Below, in pieces: positions 16,130-24,073 of a DNA stretch of 55,162 nt. The notes below the pieces were generated by a model that was not told where the DNA came from, did not search any database, and worked only from the letters and a program-made list of their open reading frames with translations. Numbering within the stretch: the first letter of the stretch is position 1; each line of letters opens with the position of its first letter. This stretch comes from an uncultured Candidatus Saccharibacteria bacterium (GTDB lineage Bacteria > Patescibacteriota > Minisyncoccia > Minisyncoccales > Staskawiczbacteraceae), in NCBI GenBank assembly GCA_964404005.1, contig CAYOIH010000002.1, forward strand, positions 1 through 55,162. Direction: 5' to 3'. The position numbers and the translations under genes are program-made.

Positions 16130-19123
16130 TTATTGAACAGTAGCTCCCTGAGAGCCAGAAGTTTTTTGATATTGTTGGCAACAAAACCAATTATCCGTTA
16201 AGGGTGTATCAAAAAGGTTTCCCAACTCTTTTCCATAACAATAAGAACTTATATCTTCGTTGTTAAGTGTTGTTTGGCCTGTGGTAATTGGAGATATTAA
16301 TTCGTCTTGAACCCTTGTGCAGTTTAACAGTCTGTTCTTTGAGTCGGAGCTCCTACTTGTCACACTACAATTATTTGTTGTTTGCCTTGAATAAGTTAAT
16401 TCTTTCATAATATCGCTTCTGGGCTCTTTAAGCATAGCCGTATAAAAATCTATAAAATCAAGTTTAAATTGCCGATAATAATCCCAAAGCTCCGCCAAAT
16501 AATCCGTAATTTGCTCACACGGGCTTCCTTTGCACGGATCAAGGATACAACTACAGTATGTATTTCCCTTGTCATCATTCCATTGGCCATATTGGCAATC
16601 GGTTTTACAAATTGGATTACTATTTTCAAATTTTGCGGCGCACCTACAATAATCTTGTACCGGGTTTGTGTCTTTTGCTTTTCCTATTATATACATCTCG
16701 GTAATCATATTTTGGATACTATTTTGCAGTTTGCCTACACTGTTTATTAAATTGTTGGCCCAATTTTCTGCGTTATCAACTGTTTGGCCAACCGGTATTT
16801 CCAACTCGCTGGGACAAACCTTTTCTGTCCCTATCGGCGTTACTCCGCTTTTTTCTCTATTTGGGTCTAACCACCAGTTATCCTGGCAATAAAAAGTTAA
16901 TGGATCATCATTTTGAGAATAACTATTACACTGAGGCCCAACCATTTGATAGGCGGAAAACGGCTGTTCTGTTGTATAGTAATTATCTTCGCCCGCAACC
17001 TTTTGGAAACTTTCTACTGGAATATAAAATTTTAAGGCCGTGTCTATCTGGTCGCATGGGCAACCCGGGCAATTAGAAGATGTTGGGCATTTTGCGGTTT
17101 CAGGATATATATCTTGGCATTTTCCACCACCAGTCAGTGAGGCGTATGGGTTTTTGCATTTTTGGCATTCGGGGTTTTCGTAAAAGAAGGATGCGGAGTT
17201 ATCTCCGGCTGAACACTTGCTGAGTCCGGGCGTAGCGCAATCCGGGTAGCCGGCATATTCATTAGACCCGTTTTTGCACAAATAAGCATTATTAATGCAG
17301 AAAGCTGTATTACCTTGGTCAGTAGTTGAGTCTGCGCAATTTTTAAATCCTTGTCCGCCAAATAAACAAACATCGGCGTTATTTATAACGCACTGTGAAT
17401 TATTTGCGCTTTGTTCTTCGCAAAAATCATACTCATTAGAACACGCTAAATATTTTTTTTCGCAGTCGCTTGCCTTCCCTCCCTGGCAGGCAGTTAAGCA
17501 ACCTGCGAAAGTTTTGGTATTCGATGGGTCCGGGGCAGCCGGGCATGGCCTTTCTTGGTAAGCCTCTTTGGCGGCTTTATCCAGGCACACCGTATCATCT
17601 TCTGCGCACTTGCCGGTTTTTTGTTGATAAAGCCCGACAGCATTGTCGCTTGTGTCCGGGCACATATCATTGCACGTTTTTAAACAGTTAGAATTATTAT
17701 AATTAAATCCTGCGCAATATTTTGATACGCTTATCGGCTTGCTTGCTGCGGGGTCATAAAATGTTTCCGGGTTGATTGAAATAAGCCGTTGTGTGTTGTC
17801 TGTGGTCTCGCGGGTTTTAATAAGGTCAAGATAAGGCATTGCCATATAGCAACTGTTTAATGTGTGCTTTGCCCTATCCAGCTCATTTTCGTCGGCTTGG
17901 ATTTTACTGTCTGTTGGCCAATTAGCTATTTTTTCTTTAAAGTATGTTTCTTGCTGTATAAGATTTAGTAATTTCCATTTGCTTTGGTCAATTAATATAA
18001 TTGTTTTATTGTCTATTCGAATTTGTTTTTCAACCCAGCCCGGTATGCCATAACACGGAGTTTGGATTTTTCCATCATTAGGATTTGGGCACCTGAATTC
18101 GTCTAGTCCTTTATATCCTCTTTCCTCGGTCAAACAGGCTCCGGCGGCGCCGCTGCTTGAACCGACATCAACAGACAAGAGTATATCTCCGTGTTCGATC
18201 TGATTTCTAACTCCATCGGGGCAACAGTCTTTTGTCGGTGGCTTACAGGCGCCACCTACGCAAGCCCCTATACACGCACCGGGGACATATCCGGGGCAAT
18301 TATTAATTGCATACGGCGTTTTCGTTGTAGAAAGGTCGCATCCGCCGTTTAACGGGTCGCAGACAGGATCGCATTTGCCCACGCAAGAGCATTGGTTCAT
18401 CAGTTTAGTTATCTCGTCGGACAGCCCGGCGATTATTTGTCCTTTTTTTTGGGCGCCGTCGGCCAGTTGCGTTAAACAGTCTGCTCTGTCGTGGTTTAAA
18501 TAAGTCGGGCCGGATATATAGCATTTGCCGCTGTTTTTATCGCATGTTTGTCCTTCGGGACAACCGGAAAAAAATCCGCAGTCCCCTGTTATTATTTTAT
18601 CTCCGGCGGCGGGATTTCCTTCCGGGTCAAAGCCATAACAATTCATAGTCCTTGTTAAAAGATTTTCAGTTAAAGTCCCAATAGGAATTTCTTGGTAGGT
18701 GGCTGTCGGAATGCCGGATTGAGAAGGGGTGGCATTCTTACTGGAAGAGTTAATGCCGGGCAGTGATAAAACCCCCATTTTACAGCTGGTTAGGTCGGGA
18801 TTAATTGTGCGGGCGATTAAAATCGCGCACACGGTTATTAAAAGTCCAAGGATTCCGGCTTTTATCCACTCTTTTGCTTCGCTTGTAAATTTCCCTCTCC
18901 CGTAAGAAACCAAATAATAAATTCCGCCAAAAACTATTGAAAGAACAGCTATAGTAACAGCTAAATTCATTGCCAAACCGAGAAGATAACAGACATATGC
19001 GCCAATGTCCGGTTTATTCCCTAGTCCCGGTAGTGGCACTTCTAAAGCTAAAACAAAACTGGCGTTTAATAGAAAAACGCAGTTTAAAAAAAGAGCCCAG
19101 AAAAATTTTTTACAAAAGACCAT
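16130..19123 (-). CDS. Pilin-module fusion protein 1: two-TM pilin-like N-terminus + ~860-aa extremely cysteine-rich extracellular domain
   Basis: N-terminus: signal peptide, TM1 ..AVTIAVLSIVFGGIYYLV, loop GKFTSEAKEWIKA, TM2, TINP. The remainder is hydrophilic with dense Cys motifs (CSCVGKCDPVCDP, CIGACVGGACKPPTKDCCPDG, CPGCPCDQ). 997 aa uninterrupted. Confidence 0.8.
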   Translation of the reverse strand: MVFCKKFFWALFLNCVFLLNASFVLALEVPLPGLGNKPDIGAYVCYLLGLAMNLAVTIAVLSIVFGGIYYLVSYGRGKFTSEAKEWIKAGILGLLITVCAILIARTINPDLTSCKMGVLSLPGINSSSKNATPSQSGIPTATYQEIPIGTLTENLLTRTMNCYGFDPEGNPAAGDKIITGDCGFFSGCPEGQTCDKNSGKCYISGPTYLNHDRADCLTQLADGAQKKGQIIAGLSDEITKLMNQCSCVGKCDPVCDPLNGGCDLSTTKTPYAINNCPGYVPGACIGACVGGACKPPTKDCCPDGVRNQIEHGDILLSVDVGSSSGAAGACLTEERGYKGLDEFRCPNPNDGKIQTPCYGIPGWVEKQIRIDNKTIILIDQSKWKLLNLIQQETYFKEKIANWPTDSKIQADENELDRAKHTLNSCYMAMPYLDLIKTRETTDNTQRLISINPETFYDPAASKPISVSKYCAGFNYNNSNCLKTCNDMCPDTSDNAVGLYQQKTGKCAEDDTVCLDKAAKEAYQERPCPAAPDPSNTKTFAGCLTACQGGKASDCEKKYLACSNEYDFCEEQSANNSQCVINNADVCLFGGQGFKNCADSTTDQGNTAFCINNAYLCKNGSNEYAGYPDCATPGLSKCSAGDNSASFFYENPECQKCKNPYASLTGGGKCQDIYPETAKCPTSSNCPGCPCDQIDTALKFYIPVESFQKVAGEDNYYTTEQPFSAYQMVGPQCNSYSQNDDPLTFYCQDNWWLDPNREKSGVTPIGTEKVCPSELEIPVGQTVDNAENWANNLINSVGKLQNSIQNMITEMYIIGKAKDTNPVQDYCRCAAKFENSNPICKTDCQYGQWNDDKGNTYCSCILDPCKGSPCEQITDYLAELWDYYRQFKLDFIDFYTAMLKEPRSDIMKELTYSRQTTNNCSVTSRSSDSKNRLLNCTRVQDELISPITTGQTTLNNEDISSYCYGKELGNLFDTPLTDNWFCCQQYQKTSGSQGATVQ

Positions 19124-19168
19124 CGCCCTGTTGCGTTTTTAAAATTTTTTAAATTCCAATATCCAATC

Positions 19169-20971
19169 CTATGCGGATTCTAAATTCCTTTTCACAGCCC
19201 TGTTTTGCATAACTTCTTGAGGATTAGTTGTGATTATTTGGTTTTCAGTCTGGCTGGCAACAACCGCCAAATAAACGTGTTTTCTTCCGGCAAAAAACAA
19301 TCCTTCTCCGACCGCCGCCTCAATCAATAAATATTTTTCTTGTTCAGTTAATTGGAAAGTTTTTTGTACAACATCAATATCAGCCGAAGATTGTTTCATT
19401 AATAATTGCAAAGACGAGTTTGTGATAATTGCCCGGCCGTAATCAGACCTCATAAAGTCGGCTACGTCCTGGGTGATAGTTGTAACTCCCAGCCAATATT
19501 TTCTCGCCCTTTTTACTAATCCAAAAAGGAAAGAGGCTCCGTCGTCAGACTGCATCAGCCACCACGCCTCATCAATGACCAAAATTCTCTTTTTCAACTT
19601 TGACCTGACCATATTCCAAATATACCTCATAATAATATATAGGGCGATCGGCCTTAATGATTCTTCCATATCTCGTATCCCAAAAACAACAAAACTTTTT
19701 TCTATGGAAATATTCGATTGCTGGTTAAAAAAATCAGAAAAAGTTCCTTTGGTAAATTTTTTAATCCGATTAACTAAAGATCCTGTTCCCGTCATACTTT
19801 CCAAAATTTCCTGGAAGTCAGACATTAAAGGAGTATTATTAGCCCATGTTTTTGGGTCTGATTCAGAAGTGATATCTCTTACAGCATAGGTTTCCGTAAG
19901 CGCTTCATCCAAAATACTGTCCTCTTCGGGCGTCAACCCGCCCAGCATAATTCTTAAAAGTCCGACCAAGTTTATCACATTAGACCTTAAAATATCTTCC
20001 GGGTTATCGTCCGGGCCGGGAAGAGGCAAATCAAACGGGTTTAAATGGTTTGGCGAAGTTAAAGAAATTTTTAAAAATGCTCCGCCCACCGCATCCGCCA
20101 AAAATTCATACTCATTTTCCGGGTCAATAATTATGCAATCAACTCCCTGCATTAAATATCTTAAAATTTCCAGCTTTATCGCAAAAGATTTTCCGGAGCC
20201 GGATTTCGCAAAAACCACCATATTAGCGTTTTCCAAACTGAATCTGTCAAATAAAACCAAAGAATTATTATGCCTGTTGACGCCGTATAAAATCCCTTCA
20301 TTAGAGCTCAAGTCAAAAGAAATAAATGGGAAGCAAGTTGATAATGGGCCTGTATCCATTGGAGTGTGAACTTCTATCAAATCCATACCGTAAGGGCTAC
20401 AGGAAATAAATCCTTCTTTCTGTTTATACAAAGCCGGTTTTATATAAATTAATCTGGATTCAAAAATTGACCTTAATGTAAGTTCCACGTCTTTTAATTC
20501 TTTTTCTGAATTTTCATAAACCGTTATATAAAGCCCGAATCTGAACATTTTTTCCTGGGCGGTCATTAAATTATCTCTAAGAGTTTCAATGTCCTGATAT
20601 GCTGTCTGTAGAGCGGGATCTCTAATCAGCCCCTTTTCTTCCCTTTCTAAAACCTCTGAAGAAACTTCTGTAATTTTTTTTCTTAATTTTTTTAAAATCA
20701 GCTCCGAGCTTACAGGATGTATAAAAAATGAAATATCTACTGGAGTGTTTAAATCAATAACCGGAGAAAACCAGCCCGTATTTAAATATCGGGGATAAGA
20801 AAAAACAAAAAAAGATTTAGCGAATCTTTCCCCCAGTTTTATGTGGTCTTGAGTTACTCCAATATATGGCGGAGCGATAATATCCCTTACATCAAACTCC
20901 TCTTCCTGAAAAAGTTTTTCTTCCGCCAGATTTTCCTGTTTTTTTCCTAAAAGATTGTCTAAAAATTTCAT
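19169..20971 (-). CDS. virB4: VirB4/TraC/TrbE-family type IV secretion ATPase
   Basis: Walker A VVFAKSGSGKSFAIK, Walker B RILVIDEAWWLM, and an N-terminal region with the pattern (..FVFSYPRYLNTGWFSPVIDL..DISFFIHP) seen in conjugative VirB4-like ATPases of Gram-positive-type systems. Confidence 0.85.
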   Translation of the reverse strand: MKFLDNLLGKKQENLAEEKLFQEEEFDVRDIIAPPYIGVTQDHIKLGERFAKSFFVFSYPRYLNTGWFSPVIDLNTPVDISFFIHPVSSELILKKLRKKITEVSSEVLEREEKGLIRDPALQTAYQDIETLRDNLMTAQEKMFRFGLYITVYENSEKELKDVELTLRSIFESRLIYIKPALYKQKEGFISCSPYGMDLIEVHTPMDTGPLSTCFPFISFDLSSNEGILYGVNRHNNSLVLFDRFSLENANMVVFAKSGSGKSFAIKLEILRYLMQGVDCIIIDPENEYEFLADAVGGAFLKISLTSPNHLNPFDLPLPGPDDNPEDILRSNVINLVGLLRIMLGGLTPEEDSILDEALTETYAVRDITSESDPKTWANNTPLMSDFQEILESMTGTGSLVNRIKKFTKGTFSDFFNQQSNISIEKSFVVFGIRDMEESLRPIALYIIMRYIWNMVRSKLKKRILVIDEAWWLMQSDDGASFLFGLVKRARKYWLGVTTITQDVADFMRSDYGRAIITNSSLQLLMKQSSADIDVVQKTFQLTEQEKYLLIEAAVGEGLFFAGRKHVYLAVVASQTENQIITTNPQEVMQNRAVKRNLESA

Positions 20972-20990
20972 AAAGATAAAAATATAAAAA

Positions 20991-21653
20991 CTATTTTAAA
21001 AGCTCGGGTAGGATTTCCGGGTAATATCCGATCTCGGCTTGGTCGGGGTGGTGTATCGCCCAAAAAAGTTCTATGAGTTCCGGTGTTGTTAATGGCACAG
21101 ACTCTAATCCACATCTTCTCAGCCCCATTGATAAATATTCCATTCTCTGCCAGAGCTGGGTTTTGCATCTTTGGAATTCATCGTCTTTCATCGGCTGATT
21201 TTGTGGGGTCGCGCCCGGAAGCTTTAAAAAACTGAATTGTTTTGACATTCCTTTCATGCCTAATATTTCCATCAAATTATATGGGACGACAACATAAAAG
21301 TTTTTTGTCATAACCATATCCCCCACAACCATGTTTTTTATAAATTCTCTGTAAGAAGCTGTTTGTTCCCTTAATAACGAGTTGGTTTGTCTCTCTTCCA
21401 AATCTTTTAACCCGTCTAAATAAGGAGTAATATTTATATTTCTTGATTGGATAACTATCTGGCAGAAAAAATCTAAAGAATTTAAAAAACTTTGGAAAGC
21501 ATAAATTATGGCGGTTTGTTCTTCTTCTGACTTCAACGCAAAATTTATTGAAGAGACCATTAAAATTCCCCTTATAGAATTATTTTTCAGAAGCAAAACT
21601 CCCTCCCTTATATCTTGTATTTCTAAAAATGCTTGCGTGGCTGATTCGGCCAT
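20991..21653 (-). CDS. T4SS-associated 220-aa protein (resembles a VirB4/TrbE N-terminal domain; function unknown)
   Basis: Tightly packed between the PrgI-like gene (12-nt gap) and virB4 (19-nt gap). The pattern DIREGVLLLKNNSIRGILMVSSINFALKSEEEQTAIIYAFQSFLNSL...QIVIQSR recalls the pre-ATPase domain of VirB4/TrbE proteins. Confidence 0.55.
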   Translation of the reverse strand: MAESATQAFLEIQDIREGVLLLKNNSIRGILMVSSINFALKSEEEQTAIIYAFQSFLNSLDFFCQIVIQSRNINITPYLDGLKDLEERQTNSLLREQTASYREFIKNMVVGDMVMTKNFYVVVPYNLMEILGMKGMSKQFSFLKLPGATPQNQPMKDDEFQRCKTQLWQRMEYLSMGLRRCGLESVPLTTPELIELFWAIHHPDQAEIGYYPEILPELLK

Positions 21654-21665
21654 AGTAACCTTTCT

Positions 21666-22073
21666 TTATTTTGTTTTTAATTCTACTTGTGTTTTTATTC
21701 TTTTCAGTTGGCTTGTCTGGGCCTGCAAAACAGGGCCTTGTTCTATTTTTCTAATCTGAGTCCTTTGGATAGGTTTAAACGGATAAGGAGACTCTGCTTT
21801 CTTCCAAACATAATTTTTTCCGCCCATCGAAAAACCAATCGCCCCTAAAATCATATTTAAAATTGGCACACCGTTTATTGTTGCAAAGGCGAGTATCCCC
21901 GCTCCGGTAAAAAGCAATAAAGCCACCATATAAAAAATAATCTTTGGTAAAATCCAATATAGAAAAAAGCAAATAACGCCGGCTCCCACCAGATAGAAAA
22001 ATTGTCGGAAAGATATAAAGAAAGCAATTTTACTTTCTTGCTCAATAAATTGTGGTATAGGATATTGTTCCAT
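21666..22073 (-). CDS. PrgI-family / VirB3-like small membrane protein
   Basis: Start placed at MEQYPIPQFIEQESKIAFFISFRQFFYLVGAG (22073). This motif plus two TM helices matches the PrgI (VirB3-analogue) architecture of Gram-positive T4SSs. The upstream 48 codons of the listed ORF overlap the promoter region. Confidence 0.65.
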   Translation of the reverse strand: MEQYPIPQFIEQESKIAFFISFRQFFYLVGAGVICFFLYWILPKIIFYMVALLLFTGAGILAFATINGVPILNMILGAIGFSMGGKNYVWKKAESPYPFKPIQRTQIRKIEQGPVLQAQTSQLKRIKTQVELKTK

Positions 22074-22092
22074 AATATTTATAAGTTTATTT

Positions 22093-22122
22093 ATTATACC
22101 ATGCATAAAAAAGTACAGACAA
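22093..22122 (-). promoter_or_regulatory. Putative promoter of the T4SS-like operon (TTGTCT-18-TGgTATAAT)
   Basis: The minus strand reads ttgtct gtacttttttatgcatgg tataat. The extended -10 TGn is present, and -10 ends 19 nt before the ATG at 22073. Confidence 0.5.
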
Positions 22123-22139
22123 CAACAGTTCTCAACACC

Positions 22140-22168
22140 TTGACAAGGGTGTTTTAATATGATATAAT
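22140..22168 (+). promoter_or_regulatory. Consensus sigma70 promoter (TTGACA-17-TATAAT) for the SPFH gene
   Basis: ttgaca (22140-22145), 17-nt spacer, tataat (22163-22168). A leader hairpin gtgcgg-gtgta-ccgcac follows, then SD aggag (22236-22240) 7 nt before the ATG. Confidence 0.75.
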
Positions 22169-22247
22169 AAATATAGTAAGAACATTGTAAAAAACAGCGA
22201 GTGCGGGTGTACCGCACAGCTGTCAGCGCAATATTAGGAGAAGACCC

Positions 22248-23402
22248 ATGAGTAGTTTATTTACAGCTTTTCTGTGGAACTTGTTACTGGTGGTCGGAGT
22301 CCTTGTAATCGGATATTTGATTGTTTTGGGGTTGGCCAGGACCAACATCCTGTTCACTCGCGTTGAACAGGGCTGGTGCAAGATCATCCTGAGGTGGGGA
22401 AAATATGCAAGGACAATTGGGCCTGGCTTGCGATGGTTCGGAATTCCCGGCATGCACACTTTTTACCGGAAAAAGATGACGTTTTTGAAGAGCATGACCG
22501 AGCCGGACGGCACACCTAAAGCCGAGCCCCATCCCCGCGAGAATGAAAAGGACGGGGGTATTGTTGGTAGTTTTAAGACCACTCGGTACCCCTACGCCCT
22601 TCCCTTCAAGGACGAAGAAGACAGTCGTGCGCTACCCCTGTCAGGCGTTCTGGCGGTGTTCGGCGTCATAGAGGATTATAGGGCAGCCTTTTTTGACGCA
22701 GATGATTGGTACGCCGAAATGAACACTAGAATTCTGGCGTGTTTCCGCGACCTTATCGCCGAGATTTCGTACGACGACGACATCGTCGGACGAGACACGA
22801 AAAGAGAGCAGGCCCTAAAGACCATTAGTGTGCGGCTGTGGGAAGAGCTGAATTCCGAACAAAACGGCAACCCTTCGATACTCGATGAGTTGTATGTTGC
22901 CGCCGGAATCTGGGTTGAGTCAGTGGTGTTGAGAAGTATTGACCCCCCAGAAGGTTATCGGGCGACCACTCTCGCTCCCTACATGGCGCAAAGGGCGAAA
23001 GAGGCTGCCAAGTATCAGGCAGAGACCAGTGCCGTGTTGTTTAACGATACCAACCTGGCCCTGAAAAAGTGGCTAGCCAGTCACAAGAACGCCACGCAGT
23101 CCCAGATTGAAGCTAAGCAAAACGAGCTTCGCCAACGGGCCCTGGCGAAGACCAACGGTTACCAGCAGATTGATGTTAAGGGCCTCGAGAACGCTACCAC
23201 CGCGGTCGTCGGCGGAGGTGGCGCGGGCGTTATGGTCGGTGCCGGCGGTAAAAATCCGCAACCAGCACCGGGCCAGGGTAATAAAGGAGGTAAAAGACAA
23301 GAAGACAAGACGGATGAGGAATTGGCGGAAGAATTCAAAAAGCGTAGGGGAAAATATCCTCCGGGATATAATCCCGCCACGAAGTCTTTCGGCAATTCAT
23401 AG
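22248..23402 (+). CDS. SPFH/band-7 (stomatin-prohibitin-flotillin-HflK/C) domain membrane protein with Gly-rich basic tail
   Basis: N-terminal TM, then VEQGWCKIILRWGKYARTIGPGLRWFGIPGMH (the SPFH entry motif v.eg...v..r.Gk....gPGl.f..P). C-terminal coiled-coil and GGGGAGVMVGAGG tail. Visibly G+C-richer than the flanks. Confidence 0.75.
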   Translation: MSSLFTAFLWNLLLVVGVLVIGYLIVLGLARTNILFTRVEQGWCKIILRWGKYARTIGPGLRWFGIPGMHTFYRKKMTFLKSMTEPDGTPKAEPHPRENEKDGGIVGSFKTTRYPYALPFKDEEDSRALPLSGVLAVFGVIEDYRAAFFDADDWYAEMNTRILACFRDLIAEISYDDDIVGRDTKREQALKTISVRLWEELNSEQNGNPSILDELYVAAGIWVESVVLRSIDPPEGYRATTLAPYMAQRAKEAAKYQAETSAVLFNDTNLALKKWLASHKNATQSQIEAKQNELRQRALAKTNGYQQIDVKGLENATTAVVGGGGAGVMVGAGGKNPQPAPGQGNKGGKRQEDKTDEELAEEFKKRRGKYPPGYNPATKSFGNS

Positions 23403-23407
23403 TAAAA

Positions 23408-23442
23408 GGGCGGGCACAATTTGTGTCCGCCCGTTTTTTTTT
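23408..23442. terminator. Bidirectional intrinsic terminator
   Basis: gggcgggcaca-att-tgtgtccgccc followed by a T9 run, between convergent SPFH gene and ORF 23448-24047. Confidence 0.8.
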
Positions 23443-23447
23443 ATTTT

Positions 23448-24047
23448 TTATCCAATTGGTTCACGGTATCTGTCGAGTCCGCTCTTTTTTGGCAAATTGG
23501 TTATGTCCAAATCTTTTGTTTTGCCACGAGAATTTTTATCAGGTTTTTTAGGCATAATAGACTGCAGGTTGTTTGTTTGTGATACTTTAGTATTTTGGCG
23601 CTCTTCTTTTAACAGCTTGCCGTTCTCTTCGACATCCATAAAATCCGGCATTTTTTCTGTTTTAGCGACAGTGCCACCTTGTGGAGTTTTTTCACCCCAA
23701 AGCTTTTCTGCCATTTCATCTACAAATGCAGGGTCTGATAATTTTTCTTCAGGGATTTTTTCTAAAAACGGCACAATATTTGTTATTATCTCATTAGTTA
23801 TTTGCTTCGCAACATCTCCGGAAACCCCCAAATCTTTTTGTAATAAACTCGGTAAATCTTTTTCAGATAAATCCCCTGCGGCTAAATTTTTTGCTATGCC
23901 GTCAATAACGGCTATTTTTGCCGGTTTTTTTTCTGTCCCTCTTTTCTCGTATTCCTCGGGAGTTTCTTGCAGAGTGAATTTTTCCATTATCTTATCAAGC
24001 GCTGCATCTGCTTTGGCGCTAAAAACTATACGTATTTTGTTATCCAT
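23448..24047 (-). CDS. Hypothetical 199-aa soluble protein downstream of the VirB6-like gene
   Basis: Uninterrupted ORF 26 nt after the 24074-26086 gene. Charged and helical, with no recognisable motif. Confidence 0.6.
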   Translation of the reverse strand: MDNKIRIVFSAKADAALDKIMEKFTLQETPEEYEKRGTEKKPAKIAVIDGIAKNLAAGDLSEKDLPSLLQKDLGVSGDVAKQITNEIITNIVPFLEKIPEEKLSDPAFVDEMAEKLWGEKTPQGGTVAKTEKMPDFMDVEENGKLLKEERQNTKVSQTNNLQSIMPKKPDKNSRGKTKDLDITNLPKKSGLDRYREPIG

Positions 24048-24073
24048 AGAAATTATAAATTAGTTAAAAAAGA

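Noticed and set aside
23107-24063. 318-aa plus-strand ORF spanning the SPFH 3' end, the terminator and the antisense of ORF 23448-24047.
   Set aside because: It reads through a strong bidirectional terminator, is Ser/Phe/Ile-rich shadow sequence, and competes with two better-supported genes.
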